Assembly: GCF_001457595.1 (NCBI RefSeq) | Contig: NZ_LN831039.1 | Span: 5,100,001 to 5,132,000 of the forward strand | Direction of reading: 5' to 3' | Source: Mycolicibacterium smegmatis | GTDB taxonomy: Bacteria; Actinomycetota; Actinomycetes; Mycobacteriales; Mycobacteriaceae | Length of the DNA stretch: 32,000 nt | Part shown: piece after piece, positions 9,188 through 18,962 of the stretch | How the letters are laid out: the number at the start of each line of letters is the position of its first letter | How positions within the stretch are numbered: the first letter of the stretch is position 1 | Program-made: the position numbers and the translations under genes | The notes under the pieces: model-generated | What the model was told of the DNA's origin: nothing | The model's database searches: none | Seen by the model: the letters and a program-made list of their open reading frames with translations, nothing else

Positions 9188-9451
9188 TCAGTGCGGTTCA
9201 GCAAACCCTGAAGGCGTGGTCGCGCTCACCGACGGCGTGGCAACGGACGTCTCGGGCGATGTCGGCGCCGTGGTCTCGGTGATGGTCTCACCGGTGGTGA
9301 TGGCGGGTTCGGGCGGCAGCGTTCCGGTGTGGTCAGGTTCGGCGAGCCCCTGGGCAGCGCCGAGACCGACGACCGCCATGGCAAGCGCGCCTGCTGCACC
9401 GAAACTCGCTGCGGCGATCTTGAAACCTCGGCGGTTCTTGGCTGAACTCAC
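9188..9451 (-). CDS. small secreted Thr/Pro-rich protein, paralogue 2 (87 aa, GTG start)
   Basis: GGAGG-8 nt-GTG at 9451; VSSAKNRRGFKIAAASFGAAGALAMAVVGLGAAQGLAEPD then GETITETTAPTSPETSVATPSVS. Confidence 0.7.
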   Translation of the reverse strand: MSSAKNRRGFKIAAASFGAAGALAMAVVGLGAAQGLAEPDHTGTLPPEPAITTGETITETTAPTSPETSVATPSVSATTPSGFAEPH

Positions 9452-9479
9452 GTGGTTCACCTCCGATATCTCGGCTTTG

Positions 9480-9496
9480 ACTCCTCGTGCAGGAGT
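9480..9496 (-). promoter_or_regulatory. short inverted repeat upstream of the 9188-9451 gene
   Basis: ACTCCT (9480-9485), loop CGTGC, AGGAGT (9491-9496). Confidence 0.3.
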
Positions 9497-9541
9497 AGCC
9501 GGATGAACCGGAGGCGAAACCGTCGTGAGCACAGCGGCGGG

Positions 9542-9775
9542 CTACTTGGCGGCCTCTTCTTCCGAAGGCAACGGAGCCGGGCCCTTGATCGCCGGCACCG
9601 CCATCGGCACTCCGGGCGCCGTGGGCGGCGTCGTCTCGGTGCTCGTCGAACCCATGTTCATCTTCGCTCCGTGTGCCGACGCGGTGCCCTCGGCCAGCAC
9701 GCCTGCGACCCCGAAAACCAACAATGCGGCGCCGCCGGCGCTTGCCGCGAGCAACTTCAGCCTGTTTGTCCCCAT
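9542..9775 (-). CDS. small secreted Thr/Pro-rich protein, paralogue 3 (77 aa)
   Basis: MGTNRLKLLAASAGGAALLVFGVAGVLAEGTASAHG signal-like segment then GSTSTETTPPTAPGVPMAVPAIK. Confidence 0.7.
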   Translation of the reverse strand: MGTNRLKLLAASAGGAALLVFGVAGVLAEGTASAHGAKMNMGSTSTETTPPTAPGVPMAVPAIKGPAPLPSEEEAAK

Positions 9776-9973
9776 GACAGTTCCTCCACTGATCGAGCCT
9801 CGGTGAAGCTCCAGGTGAAACCAGTGAATCCGGCATTTCTATGACCAGGCTGTACACCCGCTGGCAATTGCCCACACGGCACGGGGAACGCCACACACGG
9901 TGCGTCGTGGCCCGCATCACGGCCTCATGGCGCCACCTCTTCTACCCTTGGCACCCATGGCAGGACGGACGAC

Positions 9974-10951
9974 ATGACGCGGTTTCTCGCGCGCCGGCTG
10001 CTCAATTACGTGATCCTGCTGGCACTGGCCTCGGTCCTGACGTTCACGCTCACGTCGTTGTCGTTCGATCCGCTCGACAGCCTGCTGCAGCGCAACCCGC
10101 GTCCACCGCAGTCCACGATCGACGCGAAGGCCGCCGAACTGGGCCTCGACAAGCCCATCCCGCTGCGTTATCTGCACTGGGCCTCAGGAGCGGTGCGCGG
10201 CGACTTCGGCACGACGGTGACGGGCCAGCCGGTCTCCGAGGAGTTGTGGCGCCGGATCGGGGTGAGCCTGCGCCTGCTGCTGCTCGGCTCGATCCTTGGC
10301 ACCGTGATCGGTGTGGTGGTGGGCGCGTGGGGAGCCATCCGCCAGTACCGGCTGTCGGACCGTGTGGTGACCGTGGTGTCGCTGCTGATCCTGAGCACGC
10401 CGACGTTCGTGGTCGCCAACCTGCTGATCCTGGGCGCGCTCGACGTGAACTCGGTGCTGGGGTTCCGGCTGTTCGAGTACACCGGCGAGACCTCACCGGA
10501 CGCGGTGGGCGGTTCCTGGGCGCAGTTCGTCGACCGGCTACAGCATCTGGTGTTGCCGACGCTGACGCTGGCGCTCGGCGGGATCGCGGGTTTCAGCCGC
10601 TACCAGCGCAACGCGATGCTCGACGTGCTGAGCCAGGACTACATCCGCACCGCTCGGGCCAAGGGGCTGACCCGCAGGCGCGCGCTGTTCAAACACGGCC
10701 TGCGCACCGCACTGATCCCCATGGCGACGCTGTTCGCCTACACCGTCGCGGGACTGGTCACGGGCGCGGTGTTCGTGGAGAAGATCTTCGGCTGGCACGG
10801 CATGGGTGAATGGGTGGTGCAGGGCATCGCCACGCAGGACACCAACATCATCGCGGCGATCACGGTGTTCACCGGCACCGTGGTGCTGCTGGCGGGTCTG
10901 CTGAGCGACGTCATCTACGCGATGCTCGATCCGAGGGTGCGGGTGACATGA
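9974..10951 (+). CDS. oppB: oligopeptide/dipeptide ABC transporter permease
   Basis: Typical OppB/DppB: MTRFLARRLLNYVILLALASVLTFTLTSLSFDPL, IRTARAKGLTRRRALFKHGLRTALIP, GLVTGAVFVEKIFGWHGMG. Confidence 0.93.
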   Translation: MTRFLARRLLNYVILLALASVLTFTLTSLSFDPLDSLLQRNPRPPQSTIDAKAAELGLDKPIPLRYLHWASGAVRGDFGTTVTGQPVSEELWRRIGVSLRLLLLGSILGTVIGVVVGAWGAIRQYRLSDRVVTVVSLLILSTPTFVVANLLILGALDVNSVLGFRLFEYTGETSPDAVGGSWAQFVDRLQHLVLPTLTLALGGIAGFSRYQRNAMLDVLSQDYIRTARAKGLTRRRALFKHGLRTALIPMATLFAYTVAGLVTGAVFVEKIFGWHGMGEWVVQGIATQDTNIIAAITVFTGTVVLLAGLLSDVIYAMLDPRVRVT

Positions 10952-11880
10952 CCGACACCTCAGCCGAATCGGCGCGCTCGGGCCTGCACACCGAGGAGTT
11001 CGCGACGCGGCGCACGCTGGTGTTCCGCCGCTTCGTGCGCAACAAGCCCGCGGTGGTGTCGCTCGCGGTGCTCGTGCTGATGTTCGTGGGCTGCTACGCG
11101 CTGCCACCGCTGCTGCCCTACAGCTACACCGACCTCGACTACTACGCGCTGCAGCAACCGCCCTCACCTGAACACTGGTTCGGCACCACGGCTCTGGGGC
11201 AGGACATCCTGGCGCAGGTGTTGCGCGGCATGCAGAAATCCATGCTGATCGGCGTGTGCGTGGCGTTCATCTCGACGATCATCGCGGCCACGGTCGGATC
11301 GATCGCCGGGTACTTCGGCGGATGGCGCGACCGCACGCTCATGTGGATCGTCGACGTGCTGCTGGTGGTCCCGAGCTTCATCCTGATCGCGATCGTGACA
11401 CCGCGTCTCAACGATGCCGACCGGGTGTTCTGGTTGATAGTCCTGCTGTCTCTGTTCAGCTGGATGATCAGCTCACGCATCGTGCGCGGTATGACGATGA
11501 GCCTGCGCTCGCGCGAATTCGTCGTCGCCGCACGGTACATGGGCGTGCGCAGCGGACGGATCATCGTGCGCCACATCCTGCCCAACGTGGCGTCACTGCT
11601 GATCATCGACACCGCGCTCAACGTCGGCACCGCGATCCTGGCCGAAACCGGTTTGAGCTTCCTCGGTTTCGGTATCCAGCCACCCGACGTGTCGCTGGGC
11701 ACGCTGATCGCCGACGGCACGGGTTCGGCGACCACGTTCCCGTGGGTGTTCCTGTTCCCGGCCGGGGTGCTGGTGCTGATCATCCTGTGCTCCAACCTGG
11801 TCGGTGACGGACTGCGTGACGCGCTCGACCCCGGCAGCGGGGGCCTGCGCCGCAAGTCCCGCAGGAAGGGCCGCCGATGA
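10948..11880 (+). CDS. oppC: oligopeptide/dipeptide ABC transporter permease
   Basis: [58 protein letters not shown]; ATGA 4-nt overlap with oppB. Confidence 0.93.
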   Translation: MTDTSAESARSGLHTEEFATRRTLVFRRFVRNKPAVVSLAVLVLMFVGCYALPPLLPYSYTDLDYYALQQPPSPEHWFGTTALGQDILAQVLRGMQKSMLIGVCVAFISTIIAATVGSIAGYFGGWRDRTLMWIVDVLLVVPSFILIAIVTPRLNDADRVFWLIVLLSLFSWMISSRIVRGMTMSLRSREFVVAARYMGVRSGRIIVRHILPNVASLLIIDTALNVGTAILAETGLSFLGFGIQPPDVSLGTLIADGTGSATTFPWVFLFPAGVLVLIILCSNLVGDGLRDALDPGSGGLRRKSRRKGRR

Positions 11881-13721
11881 GCCGCCTGCTGGAAGTGCGC
11901 GATCTGACCGTGGCCTTCCCCACCGACACCGACGCGGTGCACGCCGTGCGCGGCGTGAGTTTCGACATCGACGCCCGCGAGGTCGTCGCGCTGGTCGGAG
12001 AATCGGGCGCAGGCAAATCGGCCACCGCCATGGCCGTGGCGGGCCTGCTGCCCGAGTTCGCCGAGGTGTCCGGATCGGTGCTGCTGCGCGGCGACGAACT
12101 GCTCGGGCGATCAGATCAGGACATGTCGCGGATCCGGGGCAACGTCATCGGCACGGTGTTCCAGGACCCCATGTCGGCGCTGACGCCGGTCTACACCGTC
12201 GGCGACCAGATCGCCGAGGCGCTGCAGGTGCACAACCGCGACATGGGCCGCCGCGCCGCGCGTGCCCGCGCCGTGGAACTGCTCGACCTCGTCGGCATCG
12301 CGCAGCCCGAGCGGCGCGCCAGGTCGTTCCCGCACGAACTGTCCGGCGGCGAACGGCAACGCGTCGTGATCGCGATCGCCATCGCCAACGACCCCGACCT
12401 GTTGATCTGTGACGAGCCGACCACCGCGCTCGACGTCACGGTGCAGGCCCAGATCCTCGACGTGCTCAAGACCGCGCGTGACGTGACCGGCGCGGCCGTG
12501 CTGATCATCACGCACGATCTCGGCGTGGTCGCCGAGTTCGCCGACCGCGCCCTGGTGATGTACGCGGGCCGCACGGTCGAGCAGGCGGCCGTGGGTGAGC
12601 TGTACCGCAACGCCCGAATGCCCTACACCGTGGGACTTCTCGGCTCGGTGCCGCGTCTGGGCGCACCGCAGGGCACCCGCCTGATCCCGATCCCCGGCGC
12701 TCCCCCGGCGCTGACCGCGATACCGCACGGGTGCCCGTTCGCCCCGCGCTGCCCGCTCGCGATCGACGAGTGCACGGCCGCCGAGCCGGAACTGGTCGCG
12801 GTGTCGACGAATTCGCGCGACCACCGTGCGGCCTGCATCCGCACCGACGAGGTCGCCGAACGCTCGGCGTCCGAGATCTACCACGTCGAGGCGCGACCGC
12901 AGGCTCCCGAACCCACCGGCGACGCACCCGTGGTGCTGCGCGTGCAGGGCCTGGCCAAGACCTACAAGCTGACCAAGGGTGCGGTGTTCCGCCGCCAGGT
13001 CGGCGAGGTCAAGGCCGTCGACGACATCAGTTTCGAACTGCGCCAGGGCCGCACGCTCGGCATCGTCGGCGAATCCGGCTCGGGCAAGTCCACCACCTTG
13101 CACCAGATCCTGGATCTCGCGGCGCCGCAGTCCGGTTCGATCGAGGTGCTCGGCACCGACGTCGCGACACTCGACCGCGCCGCACGACGCACGCTGCGCA
13201 CCGATCTGCAGGTGGTGTTCCAAGACCCCGTGGCCAGCCTGGACCCGCGCCTGCCGGTGTTCGACGTGTTGGCAGAACCGTTGATCGCCAACGGTTTCGA
13301 CAAGTCCGCGCGCTCTGAGCGGGTGGCCGAACTGCTCGAGGTCGTGGGCCTGCGCCGCACCGACGCCGCGCGGTACCCCACCGAGTTCTCGGGCGGGCAG
13401 AAACAGCGCATCGGCATCGCCCGCGCGCTGGCGCTGCGCCCCAAGATCATCGCGCTCGACGAACCGGTGTCCGCACTCGACGTGTCGATCCAGGCCGGCA
13501 TCATCAACCTGCTGCTCGACCTGCAGGACAGATTCGGGTTGTCCTATCTGTTCGTCTCCCACGACCTGTCCGTGGTCAAACACCTGGCCCACGACGTCGC
13601 GGTCATGTACAAGGGTTCGATCGTCGAGCAGGGACCCAGCGATGACGTCTTCGCCCATCCCCGGCACGAGTACACCCGGCGCTTGCTGGCCGCCGTACCG
13701 CAACCCGACCCCGGCGGGTAA
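11877..13721 (+). CDS. oppD: fused double-NBD oligopeptide ABC transporter ATPase (614 aa)
   Basis: Two Walker A motifs ([18 protein letters not shown]), two signatures ([16 protein letters not shown]), two Walker B motifs; ATGA overlap with oppC. Confidence 0.95.
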   Translation: MSRLLEVRDLTVAFPTDTDAVHAVRGVSFDIDAREVVALVGESGAGKSATAMAVAGLLPEFAEVSGSVLLRGDELLGRSDQDMSRIRGNVIGTVFQDPMSALTPVYTVGDQIAEALQVHNRDMGRRAARARAVELLDLVGIAQPERRARSFPHELSGGERQRVVIAIAIANDPDLLICDEPTTALDVTVQAQILDVLKTARDVTGAAVLIITHDLGVVAEFADRALVMYAGRTVEQAAVGELYRNARMPYTVGLLGSVPRLGAPQGTRLIPIPGAPPALTAIPHGCPFAPRCPLAIDECTAAEPELVAVSTNSRDHRAACIRTDEVAERSASEIYHVEARPQAPEPTGDAPVVLRVQGLAKTYKLTKGAVFRRQVGEVKAVDDISFELRQGRTLGIVGESGSGKSTTLHQILDLAAPQSGSIEVLGTDVATLDRAARRTLRTDLQVVFQDPVASLDPRLPVFDVLAEPLIANGFDKSARSERVAELLEVVGLRRTDAARYPTEFSGGQKQRIGIARALALRPKIIALDEPVSALDVSIQAGIINLLLDLQDRFGLSYLFVSHDLSVVKHLAHDVAVMYKGSIVEQGPSDDVFAHPRHEYTRRLLAAVPQPDPGG

Positions 13722-13760
13722 TGCCGTCACCTAAGCGCAGTTACCTCTAGCATCGGCGGG

Positions 13761-15467
13761 GTGAAGCCGATCAGCGGGAAGACCACCTCGATTCTGCGAC
13801 GCCTCGCCGCCGCCGCATGCGTCGGCGCCGTCACGATGGCCATGACCTCGTGCACGAGCGACGAGCGCGACATACCGTCGGCCGGCGGAACCGCCGAGGT
13901 CGGCGCCACCAACGACATCAACCCGCAGGACGTGGCCAACCTGCGCCAGGGCGGCAACCTGCGACTGGCGCTCCCCGGCTTCCCGTCGAACTTCAACACG
14001 CTGCACATCGACGGCAACGAGGCGAGCCTGGGCGGCCTGATGCGCGCGACGCTGCCGCGCGCCTACCGCGTGGGTCCCGACGGTTCGACCACGGTCAACA
14101 CCGACTACTTCACCAGCGTCGAACTCACCAGCACCGATCCGCAGGTGGTGACCTACACCATCAACCCCGAGGCCGTGTGGACCGACGGCACACCCATCAC
14201 GTGGGAGGACATCGCGGCGCAGATCCACGCCACGAGCGGCAAGGACAAGGCGTTCCAGATCGCGTCGCTCAACGGCTCCGACCGGGTCGCCTCGGTCACC
14301 CGCGGCGTCGACGACCGGCAGGCCGTCGTGACGTTCGCCGAGCCGTTCTCGGAGTGGCAGGGCATGTTCGCGGGCAACACCATGCTGCTGCCCAAGAGCA
14401 GCACGTCCGATCCCGAGGTGTTCAACAAGGGCCAGCTGAACGGTCCCGGACCGTCGGCCGGTCCGTTCATGGTCTCCAACGTCGACCGCGGCGCGCAGCG
14501 GATCACGTTGACCCGCAACCCGAAATGGTGGGGCGAACCGCCCGTGCTCGACAGCATCACCTACACCGTGCTCGACGACGCGGCCCGGATCCCCGCACTG
14601 CAGAACAACGCACTCGACGCCACGGGCGTCGCATCGCTCGACGAGCTGGAAATCGCGCGCAGAACCCCCGGCATCTCGATCCGCCGGGCGCCATCGCCCA
14701 GCTGGTACCACTTCACGTTCAACGGCGCGCCCGGTTCGATCCTGGCCGACAAGGCGCTACGGCAGGCGGTCGCCAAGGGCATCGACCGCAACATCATCAC
14801 GACCGTGGCGCAGCGCGGGCTCGCCGACGATCCCAAGCCGCTGAACAACCACATCTTCGTGGCCGGTCAGGAGGGCTACCAGGACAACAGCGAGGTGGTG
14901 GCGTTCGACCCGGAGAAGGCCAAGGCCGAACTGGACGCACTGGGCTGGACGCTCAAGCCCGGTGCGCAGTTCCGCGAGAAGGACGGCAAGCGCCTGACCA
15001 TCCGCGACGTGCTCTACGACTCGCAGAGCACCAGGCAGATCGCCACGATCGCGCAGAACTCCCTGGCGCAGATCGGCGTCGAGCTGCGTATCGAGGCCAA
15101 GCCCGGCAGCGGGTTCTTCACCGACTGGATCATCCCGGGCAACTTCGACATCGCGCAGTTCTCGTGGGTGGGCGACGCGTTCTCGCTGTGCTGCCTCAAC
15201 CAGATCTACACGACCGACGCCGACAGCAACTTCGGCAGGATCAGCAGCCCGGAGGTCGACACCAAGGCGATCGCCACCATGGGCGAGCTGGATCCGGAGA
15301 AGGCCAGGACGATGGCCAACGAACTCGACAAGCTGATCTGGGAAGAGGTGTTCAGCCTGCCGTTGTTCCAGAGCCCGGGCAACGTCGCGGTGCGCAGCAA
15401 CCTGGCCAACTACGGGCCCGCGGGCATCGGTGACATCGACATCACCAAGGTCGGTTTCATGAAGTAG
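13761..15467 (+). CDS. oppA: oligopeptide-binding lipoprotein, SBP family 5 (568 aa, GTG start)
   Basis: Lipobox region AVTMAMTSC; RVGPDGSTTVNTDYF, AVWTDGTPITWEDIAAQI; immediately follows oppBCD. Confidence 0.92.
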   Translation: MKPISGKTTSILRRLAAAACVGAVTMAMTSCTSDERDIPSAGGTAEVGATNDINPQDVANLRQGGNLRLALPGFPSNFNTLHIDGNEASLGGLMRATLPRAYRVGPDGSTTVNTDYFTSVELTSTDPQVVTYTINPEAVWTDGTPITWEDIAAQIHATSGKDKAFQIASLNGSDRVASVTRGVDDRQAVVTFAEPFSEWQGMFAGNTMLLPKSSTSDPEVFNKGQLNGPGPSAGPFMVSNVDRGAQRITLTRNPKWWGEPPVLDSITYTVLDDAARIPALQNNALDATGVASLDELEIARRTPGISIRRAPSPSWYHFTFNGAPGSILADKALRQAVAKGIDRNIITTVAQRGLADDPKPLNNHIFVAGQEGYQDNSEVVAFDPEKAKAELDALGWTLKPGAQFREKDGKRLTIRDVLYDSQSTRQIATIAQNSLAQIGVELRIEAKPGSGFFTDWIIPGNFDIAQFSWVGDAFSLCCLNQIYTTDADSNFGRISSPEVDTKAIATMGELDPEKARTMANELDKLIWEEVFSLPLFQSPGNVAVRSNLANYGPAGIGDIDITKVGFMK

Positions 15468-16686
15468 CGGGCAGCACGCTGTCGGCCATGCCCTCTGCTG
15501 CGACCGCGGCCGAGATCGCGGCCACCAGCAGCCGGATCGGCATGCGCGGCGGCAACGCGTCGAGCTCGTCGGCGGTGTGCGGAAGCTGTTCGGCCGCACC
15601 GTTGCACACCGCCTGCATGATCGCGATCGCGGCGCGCTCGCGGGTGTCGACGATGCTGTGCGCGGCGGTCGCCATGCACACCGGTGTCGCGCCGGGAATC
15701 AGGGACGCCACCCGCTGGGCCAGCGCGGGCGGGGTGATCAGATCTCGCCCGCCCGACACCACGACCGTGGGCCAGGTGAACTTCGGCATCTCGGCCGTCA
15801 GATCGTAGGGTTCGGCCTCGAACGGTTCGTGGAATTTGGTGGCGCGGGCCATCTCCGCCATCTCGAGGGCGGGATCGAGCGGCAGGCCGTCGGGTACGCC
15901 CGCGTAGTTCAACTCGCGGAACGCGATACGTCCCACCAGATCGATCTCGTTGCGGTACGGCGCCTTCCGCGTCGACACGCGACCGAGCCGGCCCAGCGTC
16001 CGCCACAACAGCGTGTGCCCGTCGAGCAGCAGGTCGAGTTGGCGGTCGAGCAACCGCGCGCCGCCGTAGCCGTACAGCAGGCCCGCGAGCTGACCGCCCG
16101 TGAGCCTCCCGGTCTCGACGAGTTTGCGCACCTTGGGCGCCAGCGCGGCGGTGTCCGGACCGGTACCTTCCCACAGCAGGTTGCGGATGGCGGTGCGCAT
16201 CTCGTCGAGGTCGTGGGCCGAGAGCACCGGGGAGTCGAGCACCATGGCCGCGACGCGACCCGGGTGACGCACGCCCACCCCGGACGCGAGATAGGAACCG
16301 TACGACGTGCCGTAGACGACGGCCGTGCCGACGCCCGCATCGTCGAGGACCGCGGCGATGTCGTCGAGCACCTGCTCCACCGTGATGGCCTCGGCCGGCA
16401 GATCGGCGCCGGCATCGGTGCGCCGCGACATCCCGATCCCGCGGTGTTCGACCATGATCACGTCGAGACCAGAGGTTGCGAGACGCCGCCGCAGGCCGCG
16501 GTACTGCTGGATCGACGCGACACCGGGTCCGCCCGGGATGAGCACCACCGGATGGCGCGATTTGCGGCCCGCGCGCACGTAGAACACGTCGAACTGCTCG
16601 TCGGCGCCGGGGGCCACGGGTCTGCGGACCGCCCGCACCCCGGGTAACGCGGCAAGCGTGGCGTGCTTGCGACCGTGGTTTGCCAT
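15457..16686 (-). CDS. alpha/beta hydrolase (proline iminopeptidase/TAP-like), about 409 aa
   Basis: PVVLIPGGPGVAS, MVEHRGIGMS, nucleophile elbow VYGTSYGSYLA, VVVSGGRDLITPP, AAHSIVD. Start ATG at 16686. Confidence 0.88.
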   Translation of the reverse strand: MANHGRKHATLAALPGVRAVRRPVAPGADEQFDVFYVRAGRKSRHPVVLIPGGPGVASIQQYRGLRRRLATSGLDVIMVEHRGIGMSRRTDAGADLPAEAITVEQVLDDIAAVLDDAGVGTAVVYGTSYGSYLASGVGVRHPGRVAAMVLDSPVLSAHDLDEMRTAIRNLLWEGTGPDTAALAPKVRKLVETGRLTGGQLAGLLYGYGGARLLDRQLDLLLDGHTLLWRTLGRLGRVSTRKAPYRNEIDLVGRIAFRELNYAGVPDGLPLDPALEMAEMARATKFHEPFEAEPYDLTAEMPKFTWPTVVVSGGRDLITPPALAQRVASLIPGATPVCMATAAHSIVDTRERAAIAIMQAVCNGAAEQLPHTADELDALPPRMPIRLLVAAISAAVAAEGMADSVLPATS

Positions 16687-16768
16687 CGGGAACCATTCTG
16701 CCCGCACGTTTTGGTTCGGGCTGATCCAAAGCAGTGCCCGTGGGGTGCGGCCCCGATACAACGAAGGC

Positions 16769-17989
16769 ATGACGACCGTCGAGAACGCCAAACGCATCAT
16801 CCCGGGCAGCCCGCAGTGGTCGGCGCTGCTGGCCAAGATCGCCGCGGGCGCCAAGGACCGAGACCTGGGTGACGAGAACCCCTTCGACGAGGTCAATGCG
16901 CTCAAACGCGCCGGCTTCGGCACACTGCGGCTGCCGGAGTCACTGGGCGGTGCGGGATTCACCGTGCCGCAACTGTTCTCCGCGGTCATCGACGTGGCAC
17001 AGGCGGATCCCATTGTCGCCCACATCTTCCGGACCCACTTCTGGTTCACCGAGGAGCGATTGCGCACCTCCTCGGATCCGGTGTCGCAGCGCTGGCTGCG
17101 CGAGATCGCCGACGGCAAGATCTTCGGCAACGCGTTCAGCGAGAAGGGATCGCTGGCCGTCGGCAGCCTGGTGTTCAACACGCGCCTGCTGCCCGACCCG
17201 GCCAACCCGGGCGCGCTGCGTCTTTCCGGCGAGAAGTTCTACAGCACCGGCACCCTGTTCGCCGACTACCTGACCGTGACCGCGACCACCGACCACGATT
17301 CGGTGGCCAACGTGGTGATCCCGGCCGATCGTGAGGGCGTGCGCCTGGTCGACGACTGGGACGGTTTCGGCCAGCGCCGCACCGGGACCGGGACCACCGT
17401 GCTGACCGACGTCGCCGTGTCACCCGACGAGGTGCTCACCGATGCGCCGTACGACGCCGACCCGGCGCCCACCGTGCAGTACGCGTCGCTGCAGTTGTTC
17501 ATCCACGCGGTGGTGGCGGGCATCCTGGCCAATGTGGTCGACGACGGTGTGGCGCTGCTGCGTTCACGCGAGCGGAACTTCAGCCACGCGGTCGCCGAGC
17601 GGCCCACCGACGATCCGCTGCTGCAACGCCAACTCGGCGTACTCGCCAGCACGGCCTACGTGGCGCGTGCGGCCGTGCTGGACGCGGCCGCGGCGATCGG
17701 CGCGGCGACCGACTCCGCGAAAGACGGGGTGCCCGACGCCGACCTGGCCGCCGAGGCGCAACTCAAGGTCGCCAAGGTCAAGGTGCATCTCGACGACATC
17801 GCACCCGAGGCCGCCACGCGGCTGCTGGAACTCGGTGGCGCGAGCGCCGCGAGTCGTCAGCGTGGCCTGGACCGGCACTGGCGCAACATCCGCACCATCA
17901 CGCTGCACAACCCGGTGGCCTACAAGGCCCGCGTGATCGGCCAGAACCTGTTGCACGGCACGCCGGTTCCGGCCAACGCCTACTTCTGA
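16769..17989 (+). CDS. acyl-CoA-dehydrogenase-fold flavoenzyme (DszC/SfnB-like monooxygenase family), 406 aa
   Basis: LKRAGFGTLRLPESLGGAGFTVPQLFSAVIDVAQADP, FSEKGSLAVG, GEKFYSTGTLFADYLTVTA, DDWDGFGQRRTGTGTTVLTDVAV, HWRNIRTITLHNPVAYKARVIG. Confidence 0.85.
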   Translation: MTTVENAKRIIPGSPQWSALLAKIAAGAKDRDLGDENPFDEVNALKRAGFGTLRLPESLGGAGFTVPQLFSAVIDVAQADPIVAHIFRTHFWFTEERLRTSSDPVSQRWLREIADGKIFGNAFSEKGSLAVGSLVFNTRLLPDPANPGALRLSGEKFYSTGTLFADYLTVTATTDHDSVANVVIPADREGVRLVDDWDGFGQRRTGTGTTVLTDVAVSPDEVLTDAPYDADPAPTVQYASLQLFIHAVVAGILANVVDDGVALLRSRERNFSHAVAERPTDDPLLQRQLGVLASTAYVARAAVLDAAAAIGAATDSAKDGVPDADLAAEAQLKVAKVKVHLDDIAPEAATRLLELGGASAASRQRGLDRHWRNIRTITLHNPVAYKARVIGQNLLHGTPVPANAYF

Positions 17990-18885
17990 GGTTCGCGCAC
18001 CGCGGAGCGCACACAGTCACGCAGCCAGCGGTGCGCTCCGTCGGCGTCGAAGCGGGGATGCCACGCCATGCCGATCACGAGCGGCGGCAGCTCGAGCGGG
18101 ATCGTGAAGGTCTGCAGGGCGAACGTGGCGATGGCCTGCGCGCCGATACCCGCGGGCAGCATGCCGACCAGATCGCTGTTCTGGATCAGGAACAGACCAC
18201 CGGCCGGGCTGGGCGCACACGCCACGACGCGTCTGCGCAACCCGTGTTCGGCCAGCAGGTCGTCCACCGGGCCGCGCAGCCGGCCGCGGCGCGAGAACAC
18301 CACGTGCTCGGCATCGGCGAAGCGCTTGAGTGTGATCCGCTTGCCGGTCAGTTCGTGGCCGGCCCGCGCGACGCCCACCCAGTTCTCCTCGACGAGCGGT
18401 TCGATGATGGTCTCCGGCTCGGTGCGCCGAACCTGGCCGATCTCGATGTCCACCGATCCGTCGCGCAGCGAGTGGGTGTCCTCGTGGCTCTCGCCCACGA
18501 ATTTGAGCGTGACGTTGGGTGCTTCGGCGTGGACACGCGCCAGCAGACGGGGCCCACAGTGGCTGAACAGACCGTCGCCGATCTGAACCGAGAAGGTGCG
18601 CCGCAGGTTCGGCAGATCCGGCACCTCCGGCGGCGTGAACACCGCCCTGGCCTGCTGCACGACGTCGTGCACACGGCCCTGTAGCGCCAGCGCCCTCGGT
18701 GTCGGCACCATCTCCCGGCCCGCACGCACCAGCACAGGATCGTCCAGCACCCGCCGCAGCCGCGCGAGGGTGCGGCTCATCGCCGGGGCGGACGTGTGCA
18801 GCCGCTCGGCCGCCCCACCGACGCTGCGCTCATCGAGCAGGGCGTCGAGTGCGAGCAGCAGGTTGAGGTCCAGCTGAGGGTCCAC
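17980..18885 (-). CDS. LysR-family transcriptional regulator
   Basis: LNLLLALDALLDERSVGGAAERLHTSAPAMSRTLARLRRVLDDPVLVRAG HTH followed by an effector domain. Confidence 0.93.
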   Translation of the reverse strand: MDPQLDLNLLLALDALLDERSVGGAAERLHTSAPAMSRTLARLRRVLDDPVLVRAGREMVPTPRALALQGRVHDVVQQARAVFTPPEVPDLPNLRRTFSVQIGDGLFSHCGPRLLARVHAEAPNVTLKFVGESHEDTHSLRDGSVDIEIGQVRRTEPETIIEPLVEENWVGVARAGHELTGKRITLKRFADAEHVVFSRRGRLRGPVDDLLAEHGLRRRVVACAPSPAGGLFLIQNSDLVGMLPAGIGAQAIATFALQTFTIPLELPPLVIGMAWHPRFDADGAHRWLRDCVRSAVREPQK

Positions 18886-18962
18886 ACTGATTCCATTCCT
18901 AATAACTATCGATTACCAAACTTGCACTGGAACGCAACTGGCTGTGAGCATAGCGTGAAGTC

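Noticed and set aside
9333-9920. 195-aa minus-strand ORF spanning the small-protein array in another frame
   Set aside because: Arg/Gly/His-rich composition; the alternative frames carry signal peptides, a shared motif and Shine-Dalgarno-spaced starts.
12111-13730. 539-aa ORF antisense to oppD
   Set aside because: Fully overlaps a strongly supported double-NBD gene; low-complexity Arg/Gly/Ala/His-rich translation is typical of GC-rich shadow frames.
13731-14711. 326-aa minus-strand ORF and 538-aa plus-strand ORF (13817-15433) over oppA
   Set aside because: Shadow frames of a clear SBP-family gene; no recognisable domain.
15577-16647. 356-aa plus-strand ORF opposite the alpha/beta hydrolase
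   Set aside because: Antisense shadow; the opposite strand has intact hydrolase motifs.
16700-16730. Short inverted repeats (GCCCG/CGGGC and TTTGG/CCAAA) between the hydrolase and the flavoenzyme genes
   Set aside because: 5-bp arms with 11-12-nt spacers are expected by chance; too weak to claim as an operator.
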